A stretch of DNA of 64,000 bases from Eubacteriales bacterium (lineage in GTDB: Bacteria > Bacillota > Clostridia > Oscillospirales > JAAYXM01): NCBI GenBank assembly GCA_045595605.1, contig JAZOAS010000149.1, forward strand, positions 5,462-69,461, given 5' to 3'. Position 1 is the stretch's first letter. Every line of letters begins with the position of its first letter. Under the pieces are notes generated by a model. The model was not told the DNA's origin and ran no database searches. It worked only from the letters and a program-made list of their open reading frames with translations. Below are positions 39,743 through 49,116 of the stretch, piece by piece. The position numbers and the translations under genes were made by a program.

Positions 39743-39903
39743 AATGATGTTTGCCTACGGCAAATGATGTTGACTTCGTCAATGATGTTCGCTTCGCGAA
39801 TGATGTGTGCCTTGTGGCACATTTGGCAAACATCGCATCATTGCAAGTTAACGAGCAACATCATTTTGAACAAAGAGGAAAACATCATATCGCCGTAGGC
39901 GAT
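39743..39903. repeat. Array of the 9-mer AATGATGTT (4 direct, 3 inverted copies) interleaved with mini-palindromes
   Basis: Direct copies at 39743, 39763, 39781 and 39799 (AATGATGTG). Inverted copies are AACATCATT at 39857..39865, AACATCAT at 39881..39888, and a split copy in 39828..39842. The spacers are small hairpins: TTTGCC-tac-GGCAAA, TTGAC-ttc-GTCAA, TTCGC-ttc-GCGAA, ATGTGCC-ttgt-GGCACAT, ATCGCC-gta-GGCGAT. Confidence 0.85.
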
Positions 39904-40006
39904 GCCTCATTGAAAAAAGTTCTTGAATAAGAAGTTCACATAGAAAATATGTTACCTTTAGTCGCTCTTTCGAAAAAACGACCGTCGTTTTTTGTTTTAC
40001 CAAACC

Positions 40007-40035
40007 TTGACACTTCTCTTTTCGGAGAATATACT
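40007..40035 (+). promoter_or_regulatory. Promoter of the GNAT gene
   Basis: TTGACA, 17-nt spacer, TATACT. Confidence 0.55.
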
Positions 40036-40065
40036 TGTAACCGAGAAAATTTAAGGAGTTTTACT

Positions 40066-40593
40066 ATGGAATTTAAGCTTCTTTCTTCAGTCGAAAAAGA
40101 AAAATACGAAGAAGAAATTCTTAATATGCTCAAAGACGCGGATGATGACTTTCTTCCCCCGCTTTCAAAGCGCAATGTAAACCGTGAGACCAATCGGAAC
40201 ACCTTTTCGGATGTGCGAAGCGAGCAGAACATCCGCAATTACTGCTCTGCAATGCTCAAGGAATCGGTTCTCGCCATTTTTGAGGGAGACGCACTTTGTG
40301 GGTTTGTATCGTTTGCGGAAAACCTCAAAAATGAGATCATTACGGAAACTCCGAATATCTATATAGGAACAGCAGTAATCGCCGCAACCCTTCGCGGAAA
40401 AGGTGCGCTTACAAAAGCATACGACCATCTTTTCAACGACATATTCCGTGACAGAAATATCTTCACTCGAACCTGGTCAACAAATGCCGCGCATATAAAA
40501 GTCCTCTCGAAATTCTCTTTTGATGAAATCAAGAGAATTAAGGACGACCGTGGTGAGGGAATTGATACAATATATTTCTTAAAAAGAAGATAA
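40066..40593 (+). CDS. GNAT-family N-acetyltransferase
   Basis: AAGGAG 8 nt upstream of ATG 40066. Acetyl-CoA motif region VIAATLRGKGALTKAYDHLF. The track start 39949 would include the promoter. Confidence 0.7.
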   Translation: MEFKLLSSVEKEKYEEEILNMLKDADDDFLPPLSKRNVNRETNRNTFSDVRSEQNIRNYCSAMLKESVLAIFEGDALCGFVSFAENLKNEIITETPNIYIGTAVIAATLRGKGALTKAYDHLFNDIFRDRNIFTRTWSTNAAHIKVLSKFSFDEIKRIKDDRGEGIDTIYFLKRR

Positions 40594-40595
40594 AA

Positions 40596-40625
40596 GGAAT
40601 GAGCCTTCCGGCTCATTCCTTTTTT
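40596..40625 (+). terminator. GNAT gene terminator
   Basis: GGAATGAGCC-ttcc-GGCTCATTCC followed by T6. Confidence 0.8.
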
Positions 40626-40666
40626 GTCGTAATAGTACAAAAATATGGTAAAAAACACTTCGCTTC

Positions 40667-40695
40667 TTGACCTTTTGTATATGAAGTAGTATAAT
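40667..40695 (+). promoter_or_regulatory. Exopolysaccharide operon promoter
   Basis: TTGACC, 17-nt spacer, TATAAT, about 50 nt upstream of the first EPS gene. Confidence 0.6.
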
Positions 40696-40747
40696 GTATG
40701 ATAGCATAGGTGTATTGTAAAATCCGATTGATCGGGGGAAATATATT

Positions 40748-42004
40748 TTGGAAAAGTTTGAAAAAAAAGTCTGGCTTGCCACACCGACAATGCACGGTGA
40801 AGAGCTTGAATATGTTAAGCAGGCGTATGATACAAACTGGATGAGTACGGTTGGCGAGAACATCAACGAGGTTGAGCGTATTGCCGCCGAAAAAGCGGAA
40901 ATGAAATATGCCGTCGGGCTCTCCTGCTGTACTGCGGCGCTCCACCTTGCGGTGAAGCACGCGGGCGAGACGCTTTACGGAAAACCCGCGATAAGCCACG
41001 GTGCTCTTGAGGGAAAGCGCGTTTTCTGCTCGGATATGACATTCGATGCAACCCTTAACCCCGTTGTGTATGAGGGCGGTATCCCTGTCTTTATTGATAC
41101 TGAGGACTCGTCGTGGAATATGGATCCCAAGGCGCTTGAGCGCGCATTTGAGATGTACCCCGATGTAAAGCTTGTCGTTTATGCCGAGCTTTACGGCTTC
41201 CCCGGAAGAATTGATATTATAAAGGAAATTTGCGAGAAGCACGGTGCGCTTTTAATCGAAGACGCGGCTGAAGCTATGGGCGCAACCGTAAACGGCCGTC
41301 AGTGCGGCTCGTTTGGCGACTACTCTGCCGTAAGCTATAACGGAAACAAGATTATTACGGGCTCCGCCGGCGGATGCCTTCTCACGAATGATATTGAGGT
41401 TGCAAACAAGGCGCGCAAGTGGTCAACTCAGGCGCGTGAGAATGCGCCGTGGTACCAGCACGAAGAGGTTGGCTATAACTACCGTATGAGCAATGTCATC
41501 GCGGGCGTTGTCCGCGGTCAGTATCCGCATCTTGAGGAGCACATTGCTCAGAAAAAGGCGATTTACGAGAGATATCGCGACGGCTTTGCCGGTCTCCCCG
41601 TGAAGATGAACCCGATTACGGACGGAACCGAGCCGAACTACTGGCTCTCGGCTATGATTATTGATAAAGAGTATATGTGCAAGCAGGTAAGAGACGATTC
41701 ATCTGCACTCTACATAAAGGAAAAAGGAAAAACCTGCCCGACGGAGATTCTGGAGAAGCTTGCGAGCTTCAACGCCGAAGGTCGCCCCGTCTGGAAGCCG
41801 ATGCACATGCAGCCGATGTACAGGATGCACGAGTTTGTAACGCTTGACGGAAGCGGTCGTTGCAGAACAAACGCGTATATCGCAGGCGGTGCTGAGGATG
41901 TCGGCGCGGATATCTTCGCACGCGGACTGTGCCTGCCCAGTGACAATAAGATGACAAAAGACGAACAGGATAAGGTAATTGAAATCGTAAGGTCGTGTTT
42001 TTGA
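40748..42004 (+). CDS. DegT/DnrJ/EryC1-family PLP aminotransferase (EpsN/PglE-like sugar 4-aminotransferase)
   Basis: N-terminus VWLATPTMHGEELEYVKQAYDTNWMSTVGENINE, PLP-Lys region SYNGNKIITG. TTG start as in the track. Confidence 0.88.
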   Translation: MEKFEKKVWLATPTMHGEELEYVKQAYDTNWMSTVGENINEVERIAAEKAEMKYAVGLSCCTAALHLAVKHAGETLYGKPAISHGALEGKRVFCSDMTFDATLNPVVYEGGIPVFIDTEDSSWNMDPKALERAFEMYPDVKLVVYAELYGFPGRIDIIKEICEKHGALLIEDAAEAMGATVNGRQCGSFGDYSAVSYNGNKIITGSAGGCLLTNDIEVANKARKWSTQARENAPWYQHEEVGYNYRMSNVIAGVVRGQYPHLEEHIAQKKAIYERYRDGFAGLPVKMNPITDGTEPNYWLSAMIIDKEYMCKQVRDDSSALYIKEKGKTCPTEILEKLASFNAEGRPVWKPMHMQPMYRMHEFVTLDGSGRCRTNAYIAGGAEDVGADIFARGLCLPSDNKMTKDEQDKVIEIVRSCF

Positions 42005-42636
42005 TGTATAGAAAGTTTTTTAAGCGCCCGATAGATATATTTTGCGCGCTTGCGGCAATAAGTGTATTTTCGTGGTTATACATAATTGTTGCGATACTCG
42101 TCCGCGTAAAGCTCGGAAGCCCTGTTTTATTCAAACAGGACCGCCCCGGAAAAGACGGAAAGATATTTAAACTGTATAAATTCCGCACGATGACGGACGA
42201 GAGGGACGAAAACGGCGAGTTATTGCCGGATGATGTCCGCCTCACGAAGTTCGGAAAACTTCTCAGAAAGACGAGTCTTGATGAGCTCCCCGAAGCGTTC
42301 AATATCCTCAAGGGCGATATGAGCGTCATCGGCCCAAGACCGCTTCTTGTGGAATATCTGCCTCTCTATAACGAAAAGCAGAGGCGCCGTCATGAGGTTC
42401 GCCCGGGGCTCTCGGGGCTTGCACAGACAAGTGGGAGAAATGCCATAACCTGGGAAGAAAAATTTGATTTGGATGTAGAGTATGTCGATAATATCACATT
42501 TTTCGGAGATTTGAAGCTCGTTTTCAAGACGGTATGGTGTGCATTTGTGAAGAGCGAGGGTATAAACTCCGAAAATTCCGCAACAATGGAATACTTTACA
42601 GGAACACCGGAGGAAAGTGTGGAGGCTCAGAGTTGA
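41995..42636 (+). CDS. Small bacterial sugar transferase (EpsL/PglC-like undecaprenyl-phosphate sugar-1-phosphate transferase), initiating enzyme
   Basis: 213 aa, a single re-entrant helix, then KFRTM, DELPQ-like DELPEAFNILKGDMSVIGPRP, RPGLSGLAQ. Confidence 0.9.
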   Translation: MFLMYRKFFKRPIDIFCALAAISVFSWLYIIVAILVRVKLGSPVLFKQDRPGKDGKIFKLYKFRTMTDERDENGELLPDDVRLTKFGKLLRKTSLDELPEAFNILKGDMSVIGPRPLLVEYLPLYNEKQRRRHEVRPGLSGLAQTSGRNAITWEEKFDLDVEYVDNITFFGDLKLVFKTVWCAFVKSEGINSENSATMEYFTGTPEESVEAQS

Positions 42637-43214
42637 ACAGGAATGTTATTATAATTGGAGCGAGCGGACACGGTCGCGTAATAGCTGATATTGTCAGGGC
42701 AAATGGCGATAAGGTCCTGGGTTTTCTTGATGACGATGAAAGCAAGGAAACGCTTGGTAAAATAGCTGATTACGGAAAATACAGCGATGCGGAATTTGTA
42801 ATCGGAATCGGAAACACGGCAGTAAGAAAGAAAATGTCAGAACTTCCGCTTAAGTGGTATTCTGCGATACATCCTACAGCTGTGATTTCCCCTTCTGTGG
42901 AAATTGGTGAAGGGTCTGTTGTTATGCCAAATGCCGTAATAAATGCAGAAGCAAAAATCGGTAATCATTGCATAATAAACAGTGGTGCGATTGTAGAGCA
43001 CGACAATACAATTGGTGATTACTGCCACATTTCTGTCGGCGCAAAGCTTGGCGGAACGGTTGAAGTTGGGAACGAAACTTGGGTAGGAATAGGTGCAACG
43101 GTTATAAATAATATAAGCATCTGTGGCGGTTGCGTCATAGGTGCAGGTTCCGTTGTAGTGAAGAATATCACAGAACCCGGAACATATATCGGCATTCCGG
43201 CAAAGAGGAAATGA
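42633..43214 (+). CDS. NeuD/PglD/EpsM-family sugar N-acetyltransferase (left-handed beta-helix)
   Basis: IIIGASGHGRVIADI Rossmann-like N-terminus and hexapeptide repeats. I prefer TTG 42633 (GGAGG upstream, TTGA overlap with the upstream stop) over the track start 42534, which overlaps 100 nt. Confidence 0.85.
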   Translation: MNRNVIIIGASGHGRVIADIVRANGDKVLGFLDDDESKETLGKIADYGKYSDAEFVIGIGNTAVRKKMSELPLKWYSAIHPTAVISPSVEIGEGSVVMPNAVINAEAKIGNHCIINSGAIVEHDNTIGDYCHISVGAKLGGTVEVGNETWVGIGATVINNISICGGCVIGAGSVVVKNITEPGTYIGIPAKRK

Positions 43215-43239
43215 GTAGTTTTTTATGGGGGGTGAACCG

Positions 43240-44334
43240 ATGAAAATACTTATACTTGCAAATAATGATGTCGGTCTTTACCAATTCAGGCGAGAACTGA
43301 TAGATGCTCTCTTGGAAAATAACGAGGTTGAGATTGCTCTGCCGTACGGCAAGCTTGTGGACCTGCTGAAAGAAAAATGCGTTTTTTTTGATACGCCAAT
43401 GCAGCGAAGAGGGATGAATCCTTTAATTGATGCCAAATTGTTCTTTCAATACCGAAAACTTCTTAAATCAGAGAGACCGGACCTTGTAATAACTTATACG
43501 ATCAAACCAAATATATACGGTGGGATTGCAAGCCGTCTTTTAAAAATACCGTATGGAGTAAATATAACAGGGCTTGGAACTGTTTTCCAGAGAAACGGTA
43601 TGGCACTCAGACTTGTAAAGCTTTTGTATAAGCTGGCGTTAAAGAAGGCGAAGGTTGTTTTTTTTGAAAACGCCGAAAATAAGAAAATACTGGTTTCTAT
43701 GGGGCTTGTAAAAGATGAAAAATGTTGTGTGTTGAATGGTGCAGGAGTAAATCTTGATACATATAAAGTGCAGGAATACCCCGAAGACGGAGAAAAAATA
43801 AGATTTCTTTTTGTCGGCAGGGTTATGGAAGAGAAAGGAATAAATGAGCTTATCGAGGCTATGAGAAGATTGAGAGCCGATGGAGCGAAGTGTGTCCTTG
43901 ATGTTGTTGGTGGTTTTGAGGAAAACTACAAAGAAACGCTTCAACAATGTGAAGAGGAAGGTTGGCTTAATTATCACGGATATCAGGAAGATGTAAAGCC
44001 TTTTATAAAAGAATGTCATTGTTTTGTATTGCCCTCCTGGCATGAAGGTATGGCAAATACAAACCTGGAGTGTGCATCAACCGGAAGACCGGTTATAACC
44101 AGTAATATTCCCGGATGCAGAGAGGCTGTGATTGATGGCGAAAGCGGATTTTTATGTGAAGCAAAAGATTCAAGAAGCCTTTCTGAAAAAATGGAGAAAT
44201 TTTTGGAATTGACTTTTGAAGAACGAAAAACAATGGGTGCTTGCGGTCGCAAGCACATGGAAGAAAACTTCGATAAAGAGATGGTCGTTAATATGACCGT
44301 AAATAAGCTATTTGAAGCTTGTAGAGAGCAATAA
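43240..44334 (+). CDS. Glycosyltransferase family 4
   Basis: GT-B/GT4 C-terminal motif LPSWHEGMANTNLECASTGRPVITSNIPGCREAV..GESGFL. ATG 43240. Confidence 0.85.
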   Translation: MKILILANNDVGLYQFRRELIDALLENNEVEIALPYGKLVDLLKEKCVFFDTPMQRRGMNPLIDAKLFFQYRKLLKSERPDLVITYTIKPNIYGGIASRLLKIPYGVNITGLGTVFQRNGMALRLVKLLYKLALKKAKVVFFENAENKKILVSMGLVKDEKCCVLNGAGVNLDTYKVQEYPEDGEKIRFLFVGRVMEEKGINELIEAMRRLRADGAKCVLDVVGGFEENYKETLQQCEEEGWLNYHGYQEDVKPFIKECHCFVLPSWHEGMANTNLECASTGRPVITSNIPGCREAVIDGESGFLCEAKDSRSLSEKMEKFLELTFEERKTMGACGRKHMEENFDKEMVVNMTVNKLFEACREQ

Positions 44335-44356
44335 ATTGTTCAGGGAGTTCTAAAGT

Positions 44357-45589
44357 ATGATGCTTAAAAAAATATTAATGATAAGTAATCATGATATCTG
44401 GGGCGATTTAAACACTTTCTCGCCGATGCTTAAAATATTGCAAAAACTTAGCGCGGAAGGTGTTCACGTCGATTTCGTTACAACAGAAAAAAAGAAGGAA
44501 TATGATGAAGCATCACAGAAGTTTGGTGAACCGGTAGAATATATAGCAGATAATATAATTATAGACAGAATAAAGGTTTTCTCGCCGAGAACATTGGCTT
44601 TTCTTTACAGAAACAAGTTCCTTAAAAGATTGTTTTCAAAATTAATGACAGAAGTTTTATTTCCGATAAAAGTATATAATAAATACAAAAACTGCAAAGG
44701 CTATGACATTGTTTATGGATATGAGATATACGGAGTAAAAGTTGCGAAAAAGTTATCCGAAAGGTATAATAAGCCACTTGTAACAAGGTTTCAGGGGAGC
44801 TTTATCAGGTCGTGGGAAGAGAAATTCGGGGTTAGATATTGCAAAAAAAAGTACAAGTTGCATTATCGGGCACTTGAAACAAAGGCAGATCTGATAATAA
44901 TGACAAACGATGGAACTGAAGGGGATAAAACACTCAAATCTCTTGAGAACGCAGAAAATATGAGGTTCTGGCGCAATGGATTTGACTTTTCCCCTCTGTC
45001 TGAAGATAAACCCACATTGCGAACAAGACTGAATTTGGAACAAGATGTGTTCTATACTGTGTCTGTTTGCAGACTGGCAAAGTGGAAACGATGTGAAAGG
45101 ATAGTGGAAGCATACAAAAATCTTGGGATTTCTTCGTCAAAGATCAAGCATCTTTTCGTTGGAGATGGCGAAGAACGGCAGCGACTTGAAGATTTGATTC
45201 GCTCATATGGACTCGGAGAGTATTTTGTTTTCTGTGGAAGTCAGCCACATGAGAAGGTTAAGGAATATTTGCAGGCTTCAGATGTGTTTCTCTCGTTCTT
45301 TGACAGCACAAATTCGGGAAATCCGTTGATTGAAGCAATTAAAATAAATCTCCCTATCATTACATATGATGTCGGAGATACAAATACTGTTATTACAAAC
45401 GGAGAGAATGGTATTTTGCTTAACGAACCGAACCCGGAGCTGATTGCAAAGACGATAGAAGAGCTCTTTTCAAATGAGCAATTGAGAGAAAAGCTTATCG
45501 AAGGAACAAAAGAATCTTCGAATATGTTTTATTCGTGGGATGTAAGAGTACAAAATGAGTTGGACGAATTGAAGAGATTGGTTCGGTAA
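44357..45589 (+). CDS. Glycosyltransferase family 4
   Basis: C-terminal GT4-like FVGDGEERQRLE...GNPLIEAIKINLPIITYDVGDT...GENGIL. Confidence 0.8.
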   Translation: MMLKKILMISNHDIWGDLNTFSPMLKILQKLSAEGVHVDFVTTEKKKEYDEASQKFGEPVEYIADNIIIDRIKVFSPRTLAFLYRNKFLKRLFSKLMTEVLFPIKVYNKYKNCKGYDIVYGYEIYGVKVAKKLSERYNKPLVTRFQGSFIRSWEEKFGVRYCKKKYKLHYRALETKADLIIMTNDGTEGDKTLKSLENAENMRFWRNGFDFSPLSEDKPTLRTRLNLEQDVFYTVSVCRLAKWKRCERIVEAYKNLGISSSKIKHLFVGDGEERQRLEDLIRSYGLGEYFVFCGSQPHEKVKEYLQASDVFLSFFDSTNSGNPLIEAIKINLPIITYDVGDTNTVITNGENGILLNEPNPELIAKTIEELFSNEQLREKLIEGTKESSNMFYSWDVRVQNELDELKRLVR

Positions 45590-45602
45590 AGGTGTAAAGA
45601 GT

Positions 45603-46361
45603 ATGTCACAAATTATAGTTTGCTTAAGATACGATGACTGGGGCGCTTATGAAGAAGCAATGCAATATGATATGAAGTTGATCGATATTGCAGATAAATA
45701 TAATTGCCCAATTACATTATCCGTAGTTCCGCAGGGAAAAAACCTGAAAAAGCATAAAAGAGAGTTGTTCAGCAAGAAATTTTATAACGCGCTTCGGGAA
45801 GAAAAAATTGAGATTGCATTGCACGGGTATAAGCACAAGCGAGGGATTCTAGAAAAGCTTCTTCATGTATATGGAGAGTTTGGAAAGAAACCGCTGTTTA
45901 TTCAAAAAAGACAGTTAAAAAGAGGCACATATAACCTTGCGGAGCAGCTCGGACAAAAAGTAAAAGTATTTGTTCCTCCGTTTAACACGTATGATAAGAA
46001 TACAGTAAAAATATTGGCAGAAGAAGGTTTTGAACTGATTTCAGACGGGCCGTCGGCGAACAGAATGTTCGGGCGTGATGCAACAAGCGGAAAAATAAAG
46101 CGGTTGCCGTTTACTTGTGGAATAGAAAGTATACTTGATCTTGTGGAAAAGATAGATAAAGCGGAAAGTAGTGCTACATACTGTATTGTTGCATTGTTTC
46201 ACTATTATAACTATAGCATTGATAAGGTAGAAGAGTTGGTTTCACAGCTCTCTGAAAAGAACAATGTATGTTTTTCATCTCTGAAAAACATACAAAAAAG
46301 CATCGGATTGAAGAATATATCTGAAATGGAGTCAACCAAAGAGAAATATTATCGTATATAG
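45603..46361 (+). CDS. Polysaccharide deacetylase-like protein (DUF2334/NodB-fold, tentative)
   Basis: CLRYDDWG and ALHGYKH resemble the D-D and H-x-x-H metal motifs of this fold. Assignment is from memory only. Confidence 0.45.
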   Translation: MSQIIVCLRYDDWGAYEEAMQYDMKLIDIADKYNCPITLSVVPQGKNLKKHKRELFSKKFYNALREEKIEIALHGYKHKRGILEKLLHVYGEFGKKPLFIQKRQLKRGTYNLAEQLGQKVKVFVPPFNTYDKNTVKILAEEGFELISDGPSANRMFGRDATSGKIKRLPFTCGIESILDLVEKIDKAESSATYCIVALFHYYNYSIDKVEELVSQLSEKNNVCFSSLKNIQKSIGLKNISEMESTKEKYYRI

Positions 46362-46373
46362 GCGGTTAACTAG

Positions 46374-47834
46374 ATGAAAAACGGAATTTTTAGGGATGTA
46401 AGTGTAATTACAATATCTAAAATTGCAAGCGCGTTGATTTCATTCATCAACACAGCACTTTTGTCCCGTTTCAGAACATTAAGCGAATATGGCACATATA
46501 CACAGATGATTTTGGCGATTTCTTTAGTTGTCACAATCTGCGACCTTGGTCTCCCGTATGCTGTTACATATTTTGGGTCAAAAGCCGAAAATGAGTGTGA
46601 CAGGAGACACTTTTTCAGCGTATTTTATACAGTAGATACCGTAATGAGTATTCTTATCGGAATAATAATGATTGTAGCTGTTCCGATTTTGAAGCAGTAC
46701 TTCAACAATGACTCGTTTTCGCTATATTGGTATTTTCTGCTCGCCTATCCGTGGATAAGAATTATTGATGCTACAATGGAAAATGCATTGGTTATCGCAG
46801 AGAAAACATTATGGATAGCGATATATAGGTTGATTTACGGCGTGTCCTCGTGTCTTATAGTTGTAATTATAAAGGTACTGGGGCTTGGTTTCAACGAGTA
46901 TATGGTTTCATATACAGTTGTTTTAAGTTTATTAACTGTAACTGAGTATATTCTTCTTTCAAAAGCATTTGGTAAGCTTAAGCCAGCATTTGATAAAAAA
47001 CTGGTCAAAGAGGTTTTGAAATATGCATTGCCGGTAGGCTTGGCATCCGCGGTAGGAACGATTAATATTGAACTTGATAAATTGGTTATAGGAAATCTGT
47101 GCTCGACAGAAGAGCTCGCGATATATGCAAATGCTTCAAAAGTTTTGCCGGTTGGATTAATCGCAACAGCTATTAGTATGGTAACATTGCCTTTGATAGT
47201 AAAAAAAATATCAGAAGGCAAAAAACAAGAGTCCATAGAGATCTGGAACAAGGCGATTAAAATTTCTATTGATATCATCTCCACTATAGCTTTTGCTTTG
47301 ATTGTTTTTGCTCCGGAGGTTATTACTTTTATTTATTCTGAAAAATATGTTTCGGGAACAGGAATATTCAGAATATACTGCATTTCGTACATAATTGACT
47401 GTACATATTGGGGAACAATGCTTAATGCAACGGGAAAAACAAAAAATATACTGTATTGTTCAATCATTTCGTGCACGGTAAATGTTATTTTAGATATAGT
47501 ATTGTATAAGGTGCTTGGAACGGCTGGACCTGCTATTGCAACGATAATAAGTCAAGCAGTTTTGTGCCTGACGCAGACACTTTTCGCAAAGCGAGTATTA
47601 AAAGTAAAAAAACTATTGTGGATACGACCTGTTATTCCGGTCATATCACGAAATATCGTTATAACAGCACCATTTGCGTTATTGCACTCTTATTTAAGGG
47701 CATATACACAGATTAATGGTGTCGTTCTTGCTTTTGCTGTTGGCGCAGTATGGATGGCAGTATATGTGCTGTTGGAAGGAAAAAAGATTTATGGTCAGTT
47801 TGTTGCCCTGAACAGTCAGATAGACAAAAGTTAA
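46374..47834 (+). CDS. wzx: Wzx-type oligosaccharide flippase (MOP superfamily)
   Basis: 486 aa, about 12-14 TM, typical polysaccharide-biosynthesis-protein layout. Confidence 0.85.
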   Translation: MKNGIFRDVSVITISKIASALISFINTALLSRFRTLSEYGTYTQMILAISLVVTICDLGLPYAVTYFGSKAENECDRRHFFSVFYTVDTVMSILIGIIMIVAVPILKQYFNNDSFSLYWYFLLAYPWIRIIDATMENALVIAEKTLWIAIYRLIYGVSSCLIVVIIKVLGLGFNEYMVSYTVVLSLLTVTEYILLSKAFGKLKPAFDKKLVKEVLKYALPVGLASAVGTINIELDKLVIGNLCSTEELAIYANASKVLPVGLIATAISMVTLPLIVKKISEGKKQESIEIWNKAIKISIDIISTIAFALIVFAPEVITFIYSEKYVSGTGIFRIYCISYIIDCTYWGTMLNATGKTKNILYCSIISCTVNVILDIVLYKVLGTAGPAIATIISQAVLCLTQTLFAKRVLKVKKLLWIRPVIPVISRNIVITAPFALLHSYLRAYTQINGVVLAFAVGAVWMAVYVLLEGKKIYGQFVALNSQIDKS

Positions 47835-47901
47835 GGTTGAAGGAAGTATTGTTATTATATTAAGTTCCGGCGAAAGAAATCAGGAGATTAGAGGAAAAGT
47901 A

Positions 47902-49101
47902 ATGAGTGTAGTTTTAATAGCATTATTGATAGCGTCAAAGTTGTATTATTTTAATATATTTTCTTTAGGTGTATATAATTTTACACTTTCTGATATGTGT
48001 CTGGCTATTTGTTTATTTCAGCTTTTTTTCAAGAATGGCAAAAAAAGCATCAGGGACAAAGATACAGCGGGCGTTATTAAAGGAATTATTTTAATATCAG
48101 TTGCGGGTGCGTTATTGAATTGTTTTTCGTCGTTTGCAATAGGTTCAAGCCTTACCTCTACGGTAATGAATCTCATAAAACGCTGGCTTTCGATGCTCAT
48201 AATCCCGATATATATTTACAGATTTGTTCCTCCTGAGAAAAGAAAAAAAACAACTAATTGGGTTCTGACTGTCATTATTATATACACATTAACAAACCTG
48301 CGAGGGATCATTTCGTCGGATGCTGTTCGCTATACAGCAGAAGGAACGGTAAACCCCAATATTATAGCAGGTGTCTTTGGTGTGCTTCTTATTTATATGA
48401 TTAATTCGGAGTATAAGCCGTCATTTAAAATTCCTATGATATTGATATCTGCGTTTATGGTGCTGGCGTGTTCATCGAGAGGCGGCGTTCTGGCTCTTGC
48501 AATTACAATGCTTTTTATGCTTCTCTTCATGAGTGACAGCACAATAATAAAGAAATTTCAAATCCTTTTAGTGGCTATAGCTATAATAGCGGTTGGCTTG
48601 GCGTTAGGCAAAAAGTTTTTGCCTCAGGCTACAGAACGAATTATTGATTCTTTTGTTGGTGGTATCGACAAGACCGCAAGTTACCAATCAAGAATGGGAA
48701 CATTCTGGGAACTAATGGGTATGATGTTTGAAAACCCTAAGCTTTTGTTTTTGGGAACGGGATTTGGAAACGGAAATTTGCAGCTGATTACCGCCCGGTA
48801 CGGAAACAGGATTTCAACTGCTGATAATATGTATGCTGACTTGTTTGTATGGTGCGGATTGATAGGAGCACCCTTTATTATTGCAGGCATTGTCAAGACA
48901 CTTAAGTTAGGAGCAAAGGCCCTAAAAGTAATCCCAAATTCAATGGTGCTTATCACAATATACATATTGGCATTGGGATTTACTCAGGATGCGCTTTTCG
49001 AGCCGACAGTAGGATGTCTGTACTATACAATTCTGGGACTTGAGATTGTCAGATATGTTGACAGCGAAGCTTTTAACAAGCAAAAAATGACAAAGAATTA
49101 G
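47902..49101 (+). CDS. wzy: O-antigen ligase/polymerase-like membrane protein (Wzy)
   Basis: 399 aa polytopic protein with a large loop containing SSRGG and a Wzy_C-like region. Confidence 0.7.
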   Translation: MSVVLIALLIASKLYYFNIFSLGVYNFTLSDMCLAICLFQLFFKNGKKSIRDKDTAGVIKGIILISVAGALLNCFSSFAIGSSLTSTVMNLIKRWLSMLIIPIYIYRFVPPEKRKKTTNWVLTVIIIYTLTNLRGIISSDAVRYTAEGTVNPNIIAGVFGVLLIYMINSEYKPSFKIPMILISAFMVLACSSRGGVLALAITMLFMLLFMSDSTIIKKFQILLVAIAIIAVGLALGKKFLPQATERIIDSFVGGIDKTASYQSRMGTFWELMGMMFENPKLLFLGTGFGNGNLQLITARYGNRISTADNMYADLFVWCGLIGAPFIIAGIVKTLKLGAKALKVIPNSMVLITIYILALGFTQDALFEPTVGCLYYTILGLEIVRYVDSEAFNKQKMTKN

Positions 49102-49116
49102 AGAAAGGACTCTTTT

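Noticed and set aside
39762-39897. 44-codon ORF MMLTSSMMFASRMMCALWHIWQTSHHC… within the repeat array
   Set aside because: There is no SD, and its periodic sequence simply reflects the 18-nt DNA repeat. It lies between two terminators with no promoter seen.
39743-39903. CRISPR-like interpretation of the AATGATGTT array
   Set aside because: The repeats are only 9 nt and the spacers 9-12 nt and palindromic. There are no cas genes, and repeats occur in both orientations, which is incompatible with a CRISPR array.
39949-40065. 39-codon 5' extension of the GNAT ORF
   Set aside because: It would contain the TTGACA-17-TATACT promoter and an upstream hairpin. ATG 40066 has an AAGGAG SD.
40613-42329. 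Long minus-strand ORFs (209 aa and 186 aa) opposite the aminotransferase and sugar-transferase genes
   Set aside because: They are antisense to genes with clear family motifs and have Arg/Ser-rich composition.
42534-42632. 100-nt 5' extension of the acetyltransferase gene overlapping the sugar-transferase gene
   Set aside because: An in-frame TTG at 42633 with a GGAGG SD and a TTGA stop/start overlap gives the normal NeuD-family N-terminus (NVIIIGASGHG). The extension has no homology logic.
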